Shown piece by piece: positions 1-12,018 of a stretch of 64,000 nt of DNA. Location of the stretch: positions 62,001 through 126,000 of the forward strand of contig QPGO01000020.1 in the NCBI GenBank assembly GCA_008632985.1, in the 5' to 3' direction. A program made the translations under genes and the position numbers. The stretch comes from Psammoneis japonica. Taxonomy: Eukaryota. The notes below the pieces were generated by a model. It did no database searches and was not told the origin of the DNA. It was given only the letters and a program-made list of their open reading frames with translations. Positions within the stretch are counted from its first letter, which is position 1, and each line of letters starts with the position of its first letter.

Positions 1-3000
1 GTTTCTTGTTTGTGCCGGCCCCGGCAATCAACAACAACCATCAACCCTTTTTCTTCCCCACTTGGAGGATGATGAAGTCATGCATTGAAGTTGATGCAAA
101 CATGAGCACAGCAACCACCTGAGCAACTTTGGGCAAGTCAGAGAAAGTCAAGCAAAAACAGAAATTCCTTTGGGATGTCTTCAGCTGTTGTTGCAATGGC
201 CAAAAACATGAGAAATGCAACAGGCCATGTACGAATTTGAAAGAGCATTGATTTTTCCTGCAAGAACAACAGCTGGAAATCATGGTGCTGCTGCCCCAGT
301 CATTTCCAGCTGCACTGTCAAACAGCTGCTGCTGTTTCTTCCACCCACATGTGCTCATTCTGTCAGCTCTTTTCAACCCAGTTTTGTTTTGTTTGTTGTC
401 AGAATCCTGCTGCTTTGTGCTTCTGTCATTTCTGTTTTGCTGCTTGGCTCTTTTTGCACCATCAAACTTGCAAAATTCTGTGGTGCAATCTTTGACTTGT
501 TGTTGGCTTGTTTCCCTTCCTTTGTCCTGTGCATGCTGTCTCTCATGCCCCAACATTGACCCTGCTCTCAAGGAATGCAGAGCTGTCAACCATGCAGCGG
601 CATTGAAACTTGCCATGCAGTTGGTCCACCAACAACACAGCATGTCCCCTGCCATCATTGTTGGGTTTAAATTTGCAACAAAACATGGCAAGATCAACAA
701 ACTTCATGAAAAAGTTGCAACGAGCAAGGCTCTCTGCAACACATCTTGTGCTGCAAGCAAAGGGTGCACTCTTTGCTTGAGCACTTCATTGACAGTTCTC
801 TGACATCCAAAAAACCCAAAAAATGTGCCTCTGTCATCACAATCTTTTTTCAACAGAGCAAAAGTTCCCAGCACACTTCCCACTGACCACAAAGCAAAAC
901 ATGGGAGCAGTTGTGTTGACAGAGCAATGGCTTTCTGCCCACTGGCACCCAATCTTTCATTGTTTTGCCACATCCAGATGGCTTGACAAAATGTGCAAAG
1001 AGAGTTCAAGGGCAGTGTGTGTCACCAAAAAGGCAGCACTGGGATGGTCTCTGCAAGCAGGGCAGAAGAAAAGACAATGGCTGCCAAACAATTGGCTTCT
1101 CCTTTGGCAGGAACAAATCTGGGCACAAAAAGAGGAGATGTGGAGACAGGTTTAGACTGCATTGACACAGCACACGCCAGTGTCAAATGTTGGAGCTTGC
1201 CCCCTTCATTTGCACCAATCATTGTTGAAAACATGCTGCACTGTCAATCAAAGACATTGTCTGCACACTGAAACTACATCATGCAGCACAATGCAAGCAA
1301 ATGTGCACCAAATGCACACTGCCACCATGTGTTGGCTGAGATGAGATGCTGGGCAGCTTGTGCATTTGCTGTTTTTTTATGCTGAAGAGTGTGCTGGCAT
1401 TTTCACAAAAAAGTGATGCATCACAGAAAATTGCTTCAATGTGTGAGCCATCACCAATGGCAGCAAAAGCAACAGCACATAGACTCTTTTTAGCCACACA
1501 GGAGAGTCTGTGAGAGTGTCACTTCCTTCAAGGATTTTGAGTCAAGTGCCGGCTTGCATGCCACACTGGGCATGGCTTTCTTTGCCACTCCACCAAAAAG
1601 AGCACAGAGGGTCATGCACCAACAAACAGTGAGTGAAAAAACTCAATTCAGACAAGCCACAGATGCCCAACAAGATTTGGTGTTCAGAACAACAAATCAG
1701 TGATTTTCCCATTCTAGATTGGCTGCAAGCTCACAAACACATGCTCCTCAATCTCTGTCTCTGCTCAAGACAAAGAAGCTGCACTGTGTGCTGCTGCCCC
1801 ATCACAAACTTGGTGAGGATGAGACTCTTGTCAACAACATTGAACATTGTTTGGTCTTGACAAAACTTGTGCACACAAAAGCTGCTGCACTCACTCTTTT
1901 CTCTTTTCACTGGCAAGGTTCACCAAGTCTCTGGGCTCTTGGTAAAAAAAAAAGCAGGAGAGAGCCACAGCATTGACCTCAGCTTTAGTGTGCAAAATCT
2001 CCAGCCAAAAACCCTTGACAAAAAGCTGCCATCAACTGAGCTGTGAAAGCATCTAAAGACAGCACACCAAAGAGGCAAAGCACCTGGCACTTTGCAGCAC
2101 TTGCACAATCATCAGCTGCTTTTGTCAGGCTTCACCTTCTGGTGATGCCAGCTCAGGCCAACCTGCCTCAACTCTGCCACACACACTGTTTTGGTGTGTT
2201 GGAAGTGTGGGTTGCTGGCCTTCTGGCACAGCTGCACCCAAAAATGGGTTTGTGTTTTTTTTAAACTGTGAGAAAATCCAGAGGAGATGCATGCCCACTT
2301 GCCAGTGATGCCATTCTTGGTTTGACAATTTTGGTGCAAGGCACTCTCTGGCCTGATGGCAACCACACATGCACCTGATTTGCACTTGCAAGTCTTTTTT
2401 TGTAACTGCAACATGGATTTAAAATCTTTGGTCAACAGCTGATGTGGCTGGAGTTTGTGTCAACTTGACTGCTGAATGCCTTGAAATTTTTGGAGATCTC
2501 TTGCTCTCTCAGTGTTGGTGTTTTCATGGGCTTGTTTTGGTTGCTGGTGTGGCAGCAACCAGCCATTCTTTGGTGCAATGGACAGCTTGTTGAGTTTCAT
2601 TTTCAGCATGCCAGTGCAAATGTGGGGCTCTGGGTGCTTGTTTCTGTGCAGCTTCATGCTTCATGTGGCAATCTCAAAGATCTGCCAAGCCTGCACATTG
2701 GAGATCACATGACACAACAACAGGCTGCAGTTTGAAGCTTCTTCCATTCAATGTCAACTGCAACATTGTCTTCACGTGGGTGCCACAATGTCTCAAGATT
2801 CCAACTTACACACAAAACCAACCCATTGCTCAATTTTCATCATCACCATCACACCTGTTGTTTGACTGTGGCTGGTTCACAACAAGAAGTGTTTTGGCCA
2901 GCAGCATTGCTGTCATTGCTCAGATTCTTTGCACAAAGGCACCAGCCATCATCCTTTTTGAAGCAGCACAAAGGGCCCAGCTGTCCTCCCACAGCACTGG

Positions 3001-4180
3001 CACAAAGAGGCTCTGACCATCCTTCTGCAGCAGCACAAAGGCTCCCAACCACCACAAGTGGCAGTGCTGGTGCAAAGACTCTAACCACCACAGGTGGCAG
3101 CAGTGCAAAGGTTCCAACTGTCCTTTCTGGAAAAGTGCAAAGGCTCTGACGGTTCTTTTGCAGTGGCACAAAAGGCTTCAACCATCCGCACAAATGCTCC
3201 CGACCACCACAAGTGGCAGCAATGCAAGACTTTGATCACCACAGGTGGCAGCAGTGCAAAAGCTCCAACTTTCCTTTTGGCAGCAGTGCAAAGACTCCAG
3301 CAGTTGTTCTGCAGTGGCACAAAGGCTCTGGCCATCCTTCTGCAGCAGCACCAAGACTCCCAACCACCACAAGTGGCAGCAACACAAAGACTCTAACCAC
3401 CACAGGTGGGGGCAGCACAAAAGCTCCAACCATCCTTTCTGAAGTGGCGCAAAGGCTCCAACAGTCCTTTTGCAGTGGTGCAAAAGGATCCAACCATCCT
3501 TTTGCAGCAGCGCAAAGACTCTGCACTGCCACAAATGGCGGCAGTGCAAACACTCTAATTGCCGAAGGGCAGCGGCGCAGAGCAGCACAAAGTCTTCAAC
3601 CATTCTTTCTGAAACGGTTCAAAGACTGCAATGCTCTTTTTGCAGTGGTGCAAAAGCTCCCAGCCATTGAAAGTGACAGCAGCACAAAGGCTTTAACTGC
3701 TGCAGGCGGCGGCACAAAGGCAAAACGTGCCATTCATGCATGGGCACAGAAATGAAGCCATGAGAACAAGCTCTGTCAGGCCAACCATGTGTCATGCATG
3801 CATCAACAAAACTCCCATGGCTCATGCAAAATGGGCCATTCTCCTGAACCAGCTGTCAATGCAGACTCTGTCATTGCATTAAGAAAGATGTGCTGCATGA
3901 CATGGCTTTGGGAAAGTTCTGGCGCCACCGCCGCCCTGCCATGTCAACATGATTGTGAAATTGCCATTGGCTTTGTGCAAATTTTTGAATGAGCTAATGG
4001 GGCAACTGCCATTTTGGCATGTTCCCAATTGAAATTGTGTGCTGGAGCTGTGCACGAGTTTCTGGCAGCACTCCAAAAATGAGCTGGACAAGCTGTCTCT
4101 CTGTTGACTTTCCTGCACATTTTGGCACAGGGCTTTCAGGTTGCTTCAGGATGTTGATGTTGCTGTTTGTTTTTGTTTTG
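1..4180. repeat. Degenerate repeat/TE-derived block, depleted of TpA and CpG
   Basis: Very few TA or CG dinucleotides and a large excess of TG/CA. Only spurious Cys/His/Gln-rich ORFs. Normal composition resumes at ~4180. The family cannot be recognised by eye. Confidence 0.6.
2940..3720. repeat. Degenerate minisatellite, ~30-33 bp units
   Basis: Recurrent motifs accaccacaagtggcagcagtgcaaag(g/a)ctc and ccatcctt(c/t)tgcagcagcacaaag. Confidence 0.7.
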
Positions 4181-4677
4181 TATTGCGAATGCATCGGTGG
4201 CTGCAGCAAGGTCCGATTTAAGCATCAATTCATTTGTAGGACGAGTGTCGAAAGTGCGGGTTCGAACGGATGCGAGAATGGAGTGTTTTTGTTCTTTGCA
4301 GACGGCAATGTTCTACTAGCTAGAGTAGGTACTGTTCTTACACCGACAGCATCCTTCATTCAATGACCTCTCCAACAGAAAAAATGATGACCTTTCCACC
4401 CAGTTACCTAGCAGTTACCAAGCCACAGTGTACAATTCTACAGAAGTCACGTGACCGCGACAACTGGAATATAACAGAGAGGCATTTACGCCTCACATTT
4501 TCCCCCGCAACAATACATACGGTACCCATACCTCCCAAAGTCTTTCGATTTGTGGCCAAACATCTAACAATACCGGATGAGTTAGCACAAAAGCATCGAA
4601 TTCGTCTGGTGGATAAAAGAGCACAACTTGCGTAAGGAATACTTTCACGCCATCTTCCTTGAATCAACCCTCGAATC

Positions 4678-5451
4678 ATGTCCAACATTTTTATTTCCAG
4701 CCGAAGCGACTACCTCGTAGCTACCGAATTGAACAACATCGGTGTTGAACTACTCGAGGCGGGATCATTTCGTCGTGCCATGCAAACACTGAAGGAGGCG
4801 ATTGAGGTTATGAAGGTCGCTCTTCGTCCCGTTCCCTCAAATCTGGACTACAGATCATCGAATGATGCTGGAACAAACATCGATATTAGGATCTTCAAGG
4901 CGAAGCGAAGGCTAGAAGAGCTTGAATTTAGCTATCCAACATCAAATGCGTTTCTTTACAAGACAGGGGAAGGTTTCATCAACCAATACCTCGACGAAAG
5001 AGACAGAGAAATCTCCCAGGATCAACAAAATCCCATTTTCATTCAAGTGTCAGACCTTAACGAGTTTGAGTGCATCAACCCTGACGTCGAGAGCGCCGTC
5101 ATATTTTATAACTTAGCGCTTGTTCATTTGCAAATGAGCGCAGAAGCGCTAAATGGGTCTATCTTTGTGCAGGGGGCTCACGATCTGTTCGACATGGCGT
5201 ATTCGATTGCGCTTTCCGACACAACTACCATTATGGATATGTCGCTTGAGGACATTCGGGAACTCAACCAGACACGAGTACTCTTTGCAATTGTCATACT
5301 CAACAACATGATAAGAGTGAAGCGAGCTCTTGGAAAGCATGACGACGCCAGGAATGCGATGCAACGGTTAATCCGACTTGGATTAGCCGTCAATAACCCA
5401 GAAGGAAATCCTGACTATGTGAACGTCTCCTCAGCAGCACCAGCGGCGTGA
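4678..5451 (+). CDS. Hypothetical helical (TPR-like) protein of a diatom-type family, 257 aa
   Basis: Intact single-exon ORF with normal composition. Motifs LNNIGVELLEAG and SAVIFYNLALVH, and a C-terminal AAPAA. Confidence 0.8.
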   Translation: MSNIFISSRSDYLVATELNNIGVELLEAGSFRRAMQTLKEAIEVMKVALRPVPSNLDYRSSNDAGTNIDIRIFKAKRRLEELEFSYPTSNAFLYKTGEGFINQYLDERDREISQDQQNPIFIQVSDLNEFECINPDVESAVIFYNLALVHLQMSAEALNGSIFVQGAHDLFDMAYSIALSDTTTIMDMSLEDIRELNQTRVLFAIVILNNMIRVKRALGKHDDARNAMQRLIRLGLAVNNPEGNPDYVNVSSAAPAA

Positions 5452-5553
5452 CCATTCGAAACCATAAGCTGTACCTACTTTAGTAACAAGATGGCATATT
5501 TTTCTTTGCAGAATTCCTTTTTTTTCGTTGAACGTGGAATCATCATTGTTCTC

Positions 5554-6359
5554 TCACACCTCGAGATCCAGCAAGCGTATTACAGTTCCGAGGCTGTCGT
5601 GTGCTCTCTCTACGTTTTTCCTCGACCGCTCCAGGAACAGCGCAACCCGGTCCTTTCCGCCACCTGGATTGGCTTCTCCCCAACTCGAAACATACGCCAC
5701 GCCATTCGCTTCGTCCGCCTGCTCCACCCACTTGTCGAAGGCTTCTCCATATTCAAAGTCCTTGTCGGCGGACACTAGATCTCGCAATCTGAGCAAGGTC
5801 TTGTCAGCTCGAAACAATGGATCAGCCGTACTCTTGTATCCCATGTACTGATCACAAGAAGAGTGACAACGAATGTGAAAAAGCCATCCGAAGCTGTAAT
5901 TCAAGGCGGTCGCGTCAGAAAAACCAACAAGGCATCAGCATCGACCAACATACCTCCATAACTTTCTCGGGGGTTCGCTGTGACAACGAATGTGAAAAAA
6001 GCCGTCAGAAGTCAGAAGCTGTAAGACAAGGCAGCGCGTCAGAAAAAACAACGAAGACATCATACCTCACAGCCCGAGTCGAAAGCCTGGCCTTTAGTGC
6101 ATGAGGTGGTTTCATCTTCCCAATTCTTCAATAAATAGTCAAGTCGTTGGTAGCCCTTGACAATGTTCGCTTTGTCTATATCTTCCTGAGAAGATTTTGC
6201 TTGCGCTGGAACAGAATTCGTCGAAAAAAAAACACAAGAAACGACTGATCCACTAGCCAGCCTCAAGAAATCTCTTCGAGCAGCAGCTGTTGAACCAGAT
6301 GCTAAAGCAGATGATAGGACAACTGGCGCCAGCAAAATCGTCAACCGAAACAACACCAT
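5554..6359 (-). CDS. Plastid, probably thylakoid-lumen, protein. Three exons: 6359-6066, 5977-5954 (24-nt microexon RTPEKVME), 5847-5554; ~203 aa
   Basis: Signal peptide, twin-arginine RRDFL and AQA cleavage-like site. Two phase-0 GTATG...CAG introns (6065-5978, 5953-5848) join the ORF pieces in frame: ...SGCE-RTPEKVME-YMGYKS... Confidence 0.85.
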
Positions 6360-6574
6360 GGTGACGACGGGAGACCGGAGGGTGTGCGGAGTTCAGATTT
6401 GGATCGGGTCACTCCCGGCTTGGAGGTCTGTAGGATCGGGTGAGAGGGCACGTCGACCGCACCGCGCGCGCTTCGCACACCCCTCACGAGAATGGAAGAG
6501 GCGGATTTTGCACCGAAGATGACAGACGGAAAATCAAAAAATGGGATGCGCGGATTTTTTTCCTACCGTGCTTC

Positions 6575-6738
6575 TGCAGTGACTCACTCGCACGCTTCTG
6601 ACACATAATGTTAATTTTGGACATTAGATTAACGTAGCCGTTTGAGAGGGCTCGCCAGCGCTCGCTGACGCTTAGGCTCTCCCTCTCTTCGGTCTGCTCA
6701 CTTCCTTGTTTTGACACCAACCTCAGCTTGAGCTTGCA
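6575..6738 (+). repeat. 5' LTR of Gypsy element
   Basis: Direct repeat of 11829-11992, with 13 differences in my manual alignment, all transitions. Confidence 0.95.
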
Positions 6739-6972
6739 CTGCAGTTGCAGTCGATTGTAAAGAGCTGAATGAGAAACAACGATGCAACTGACAGGCTTGC
6801 GAAACAAGAGAAAAGAACTTTGAGAGCGAAGGCAGTGAACTGGGCTTTGGAACAAAAATGAGAAAAGGAGATACGAAAACAACGCGAACAGAATGTTTGG
6901 CGATTCGAGTGGCACAACTCGAGTCGAAGGTGGAGCACTTGAAACAGTTCCTTGGTGGACCAACTTGGCCTG

Positions 6973-9900
6973 ATGAGTGATCGCGAGAGCCTCAAGGAAC
7001 CGTGCATCTTGCATGCTGCGAAATTTGCCCATTCGGATTTGGAACTCGCAAAACTGACCCAATCGTATGATGATGGTGGCACGCGCACAAAAAAGTGCCC
7101 TTGTTTTGATGGAAGCAATGGGATTGAAGCGTTGTTGTTTGTGGAAGACCGTTTTCGTAAACTGGCTGCAAAACTTGAGTTCACTGCAGGAGAAGAATTG
7201 TTTGATGATTTTGAAGAAGTGTTGACAGACACAGCCGAAGACAAATGGTCCGCGCAGAAGATGGCAGCTCGTTTTGACCAAGAGTTGGCTCGTTTTTGTT
7301 TGTCGCATTGTGAAACTGAAGCTCGTGACACGATGATTGAATGCTTGCTTGCTCTCAAAAAGCCGTGTGACGTTGAAGTGCAGGCACACGCAGATCGAAT
7401 GGAAACTTTGGCACAACACACAAACAAGTTGCCGGGAAATGATCCAGTTGTCACTCAGAACCAGAAGAAGAAGATGATTTTTGACAGCTTCCCTCTGTCG
7501 TGGCGCGAGATGCACACAAGAGCAGGACGCACGATTGGAAATGACACACTGGCGGAGATTGTCACGTGTGTGAGCATGGAGAAATTGTTTGCGGATGGGA
7601 ACAAGAAGACGTCAAAAAAGCGCAAAGATGGACAGTCTAAAGGTGGCTCCAATGAGAAGAAAGGCAACCACATTGACCCAGAAACCCAATGTCCATTGCA
7701 CACTCACAATCACAAGTGGAAAGATTGCATCATGAATCCCGACTCCAACAACTGCCATCCAAGAACTGATCGTGGCGGTCGCGGGTGTGGTGGCCATGGT
7801 GGTTGAGGTGGCAGTCGCAGTGGAGGTCGTGGTCATGGCAGAAATCAAGGTCGTGGTTGGCAAGGCCGTGGCTGTCAAGGTCGTGGCAGTGGCCGAGGAA
7901 ATTGTGGCGGTCAAGGAAACTGCAACTCTGGTGGCAATGGCGGCGAGCATCATGAAGATGGTGGCTCCCACGTGCAATGTCAAAACGACACCCGAGCCAA
8001 TGCAGATGGCGGCGGTCATGGTGATCCGGCCAGAATGGCTCCTCCTGATGATTGGTCTGCTGAAAGCCATCATCTTGATTCGATGGGAGGGCCTCGTGAG
8101 TGTCGAGGTGGAGCAGGAAGTTTTCGACCTGGTGGTCGCTTCTCGGGACGCCATCGACACTGACCCAATGAGCTTGAAGAGCTGCAGTCCGAGTGTGTCG
8201 CTCATGATTCCCACATGTTTGATGATTGCACTGATTGCACTGATGATTGTCACGCACATGCTGCTGATTTGTTTGATGATGACGATTTCAAAAATTGCAC
8301 TGTGAATGACGAAGACGATGTGGGACTTGAGCACGCTGCACCAACCCCAAAAACAAAACCAACCAAACCTTTGAACGTGGTCCCTGCAACCTCATTCGCA
8401 GCGCGATTTGTGCAAGACAAGGAAAGCAAGCGCGTGATGCGGGTGTTGCTCGACTCTGGTGGAACCCATTCAATGATTCATGCTCGGGTGTTGCCAATTG
8501 GAGCAGTGCCAGCATTGGAGGAAACAGGGCCAATTGTTGTGAAGTTTTGGACGTCAGCGGGAGAATTCAAATCTGCTCGTTACGTTCGACTGCGGGACAT
8601 GGTGCTCCCTGAATTTGACAAGACAAAACGCATTGATGGCATGCATGCACATGTGTTTGACTCACCTTGCCAGCATGACATGATCCTTGGACAGGACTTC
8701 TTGGCGAGAGCAGGTGTCACGTTAGATTTTGAACACGGGATTGTCAAGTGGCTTGATTCAAGCATTGCAATGAAGCCAAGAAACCATCGGATTGGCATCC
8801 AGCAGTGGCTTGACGACTTGACTGATGAGCCAGCTGACGATGATGATGTGTGGGACAGCTGCATCCTCGATGCAAAGCATGAGGAAACGTCCCCTTCTGA
8901 AGCAGCGTCGGCTCAGAAGCACCTCACTGCCAAACAACAAGAAAAATTACGCCTTGTGTTGGAAAAACACACCACTCTTTTTGATGGCACTCTCGGCAAG
9001 CATGCTGGCAAAAAAGTTCACCTTGACATTGATCCTGACGCTGTTCCTTGCCATTCTCGAGCGCATGCAGTGCCGCACAATGATCTCGAGACTTTCAAAC
9101 GAGAACTGGATCATTTGGTGATTCTTGGCGTTCTTGAAGAGGCCGGAACAACGGAATGGGCTGCTGGCACTTTTGTTTGGCCAAAGAAGGATGGTCGAGT
9201 GCGGTGGCTCAGCGATTTTTGGGAACTCAACAAAGCCCTCAAGCACAAGGTTTGCCCTTTGCCGATCATTCAAGATGTGCTGCAGAAGAGAGCCGGGCGC
9301 AAGTTTTTGACTAAATTGGACCTCTCAATGATGCACCATGCACTCGAATTGGATGACGATTCCAAGGACTTGATGACAATCGTGACACCCTTTGGAAAGT
9401 GCCGATGCTGCCGTTCAGCAATGGGTCTGAAGCCGGCTCCAGACATTGTGCAATGTTCAATTGAGAAAACTGTGCACGACTTGGACGTTGACGCGTGTGT
9501 TGATGATCTTGCTCAATTTGATGACGACTTTGACATTCACCTTGACCGTCTTGACAAACTTTTACAACGCCTGGAGGAAGCTGGATTCAAAGTAAATCCC
9601 TTGAAATGCGAATGGTGTGTGCAGGAAACGGATTTCCTTGGGCATTGGCTGACTCCGACTGGAATTCGTCCGTGGAAGAAAAAGGTGGAGGCTGTCCTGC
9701 GGATGCAACCTCCGGAAAACATCAAGCAGCTTCGTTCGTTCCTTGGTGCTGTGACGCATTGTCGCAGTGTGTGGCCTCGGCGTTCTCACCTGTTGAAACC
9801 CTTGACAGATCTCACAGGCAAAGGCTCATGGACATGGACAGCGGAATGTCAGGCGGCATTCGATGAGATGAAAGCAGTCCCAGCGGCTGAAACATTGATG

Positions 9901-11706
9901 GCACACCCGAATCACAACAAACCCTTCCACATCTGCACCGATGCAAGTGATTGCCAGATGGGTGCAGTGATTGTGCAGGATGGAAAGCCCACTGCACACT
10001 GGTCTCGAAAGCTCAATGCGGCGCAACAAAACTGTTCGACAATCGAAAAAGAACTGCCAGCCATTGTCATGTGCTTCCGAGAATGCCGAACAATGCTCCT
10101 TGGCGGCGACTTGCATGCATTCACTGACCACAAGAACCTTGCCTTTCGCACCTTGAATTCACAGCGCGCACTTCGTTGGCGACTCTTTCTGGAAGACTTT
10201 GCCCCTCAATTTCATTGCATTGAAGGCCGATTGAATGTCTTGGCTGATTGTTTTTCTCGTTTGCCTCGCATGGATCCTCCCTCTGAAGGGAAGAGCTTGG
10301 CTCCGGGCAAAGGAACTGTTGTCGATTTTGCCCCGCTCAATTCGAAGTTGGTGCCGAGTGAGGAACCATCCGAAGTCGAGGATTTCCACGATGAGGACTT
10401 GGAGCTCGGCGCATGCCGATTCAAGTGTTGTCGCAACATTGAAAATGAAGGCCACTCACACTTCTTCTCTTTCTTTGTGGATGAGCCGGAACTGTTCGAT
10501 TCCTTCTTGAATTGCCCTGCTGTGCAGGAGATGCAGAATCCAATGACGTTGCAACACATTCAGGAGCATCAGTTCGAGGACCAACAGTTGAACCAGATGC
10601 GCATTGCTCACCCTGATCATTTCCTCGTGGAATGTGTGAATGATCGACCGCTTGCATGTTGTCGTGCGCGACCGAATGATCCTCCAGGACAGTGGAAAAT
10701 CTGTTTGCCGACTGCGCTTGTGCCCGACATCTTACGGTGGTGTCATCTCGTCCTTGGCCATGCCGGAAGCCAGCGCATGCGTGAGATGATCCAGGCTCAT
10801 TGTCATCATCCTGGGTTGTGTTGCATGTGTGATGAATGCTCTTGTGCTGATTGTCAACGTAACAAAACATTGGGTCCTGGCTGTGGAGAGTTGCCCGAGC
10901 AAGAAGCTGCATTAACTCCCTGGTCGGAAGTGGCGGTTGATCTCATTGGCCCATGGAAAATCAAAGCACCAGATGGAGAGATTGAGTTTCGGGCATTGAC
11001 CTGTGTTGATCCTGTCTCTGATCTTGTTGAGCTGGTGAGAATTGAAAATAAAACTGCCCGACATGTTGCCAACCAATTTGAAAACTGCTGGCTTGCACGC
11101 TGTCCCAGACCGAATCGATGCATCCACGATGACGGTGGCGAGTTCACCGGGTGCGATTTTCAGATGCTGTTGCAACGAGCCGGAATTGATGATGTGCTGA
11201 CTGCTTCGTACAATCCTCAAGCCAACGCCATTTGCGAACAAATGCACCAGACCGTCGGCAATGTGTTGCGAACGCTCATTGCTTCCAATCCACCTCAAAA
11301 TCTTCAAGATGCAGCCAGCCTCGTGGACGATGCTTTGGCAACTGCAATGCATGCAACTCGCTGTGCTGTTTCCCATTCTTTGCAGATTTCACCAGGTGCC
11401 ATGGTGTTCAGACGTGACATGATCCTAGACATCCCTGTGCTGGCAGACTCATTGACGATCCAAGGCCATCGCCAGACGCTGATCAACAATGATTTGCAAA
11501 GAGCTGATGCCAAGAGAAGATCCTGCGATTGTCAAGTGGGTGATCAAGTTCCAATCAAGTCGGTTAACCCGTCCAGCCTCGAGCCTCGTGCTCATGGCCC
11601 TCATCCTGTTGTTCAAGTGCATGTGAATGGCATGCTTTTGCTTCGTCGAGCTCCTCATGTGGTTGAGCGCCTCAACATTCGGCGCCTGATTCCTTTTCGT
11701 GGTTGA
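6973..11706 (+). pseudogene. Gypsy gag-pol in a single frame, with two in-frame TGA stops (7804-7806, 8161-8163)
   Basis: ORF pieces 6952-7806, 7972-8163 and 8215-11706 share one frame. Motifs: CPLH..HKW..C (gag), LLDSGG (protease), LDLS and ACVDD (RT, from YxDD), CTDASDCQ (RNase H, from YTDASDY), H..GH...C..C and VDLIGP (integrase). Confidence 0.93.
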
Positions 11707-11828
11707 TCAGGGGGGTTTCTTCCCAACACCTGGGTTTCCTCCTGCCGTTGTGATTTCTTTGGGTTTTGGCAACTGGTTTTGGCCCTTTGCATGATCCTCC
11801 AGTTCTTTTGGATCATGGAAGGGAAGAG

Positions 11829-11992
11829 TGCAGTGACTCACTCGCACGCTTCTGACACACAGCACCAATTTTGGACATTGGATTAATGCAGCCATTTGAG
11901 AGGGCTCGCCAGCGCTCGCTGATGCTTGGGCTCTCCCTCTCTTCGGTCTGCTCACTTCCTTGTTTTGACATCAACCTCAGCTTGAGCTTGCA
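11829..11992 (+). repeat. 3' LTR of Gypsy element
   Basis: Follows the PPT and is followed by TSD GCTTC. Confidence 0.95.
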
Positions 11993-12018
11993 GCTTCTCC
12001 CGTGCAATTCAACACTTG

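Larger units (their letters stand above)
6575..11992 (+). mobile_element. Full-length Ty3/Gypsy LTR retrotransposon, inactivated by hypermutation
   Basis: 164-bp LTRs (6575-6738, 11829-11992) with TG...CA ends. 5-bp TSD GCTTC (6570-6574, 11993-11997). Polypurine tract ggaagggaagag before the 3' LTR. Domain order PR-RT-RH-IN. Confidence 0.97.

Noticed and set aside
41..4200. Many 60-220 aa ORFs here and in the other repeat blocks
   Set aside because: They overlap in all frames, are C/H/Q-rich and Tyr-poor, and are explained by loss of TAA/TAG stops.
7804..8163. Programmed TGA readthrough between gag and pol
   Set aside because: There are two TGAs in Arg/Gly-rich contexts, most simply explained as CGA->TGA decay.
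8215..11706. Alternative genetic code or natural Tyr avoidance
   Set aside because: Neighbouring host genes use Tyr codons and TAA/TAG stops normally, and the change also affects non-coding LTRs, TIRs and TSDs.
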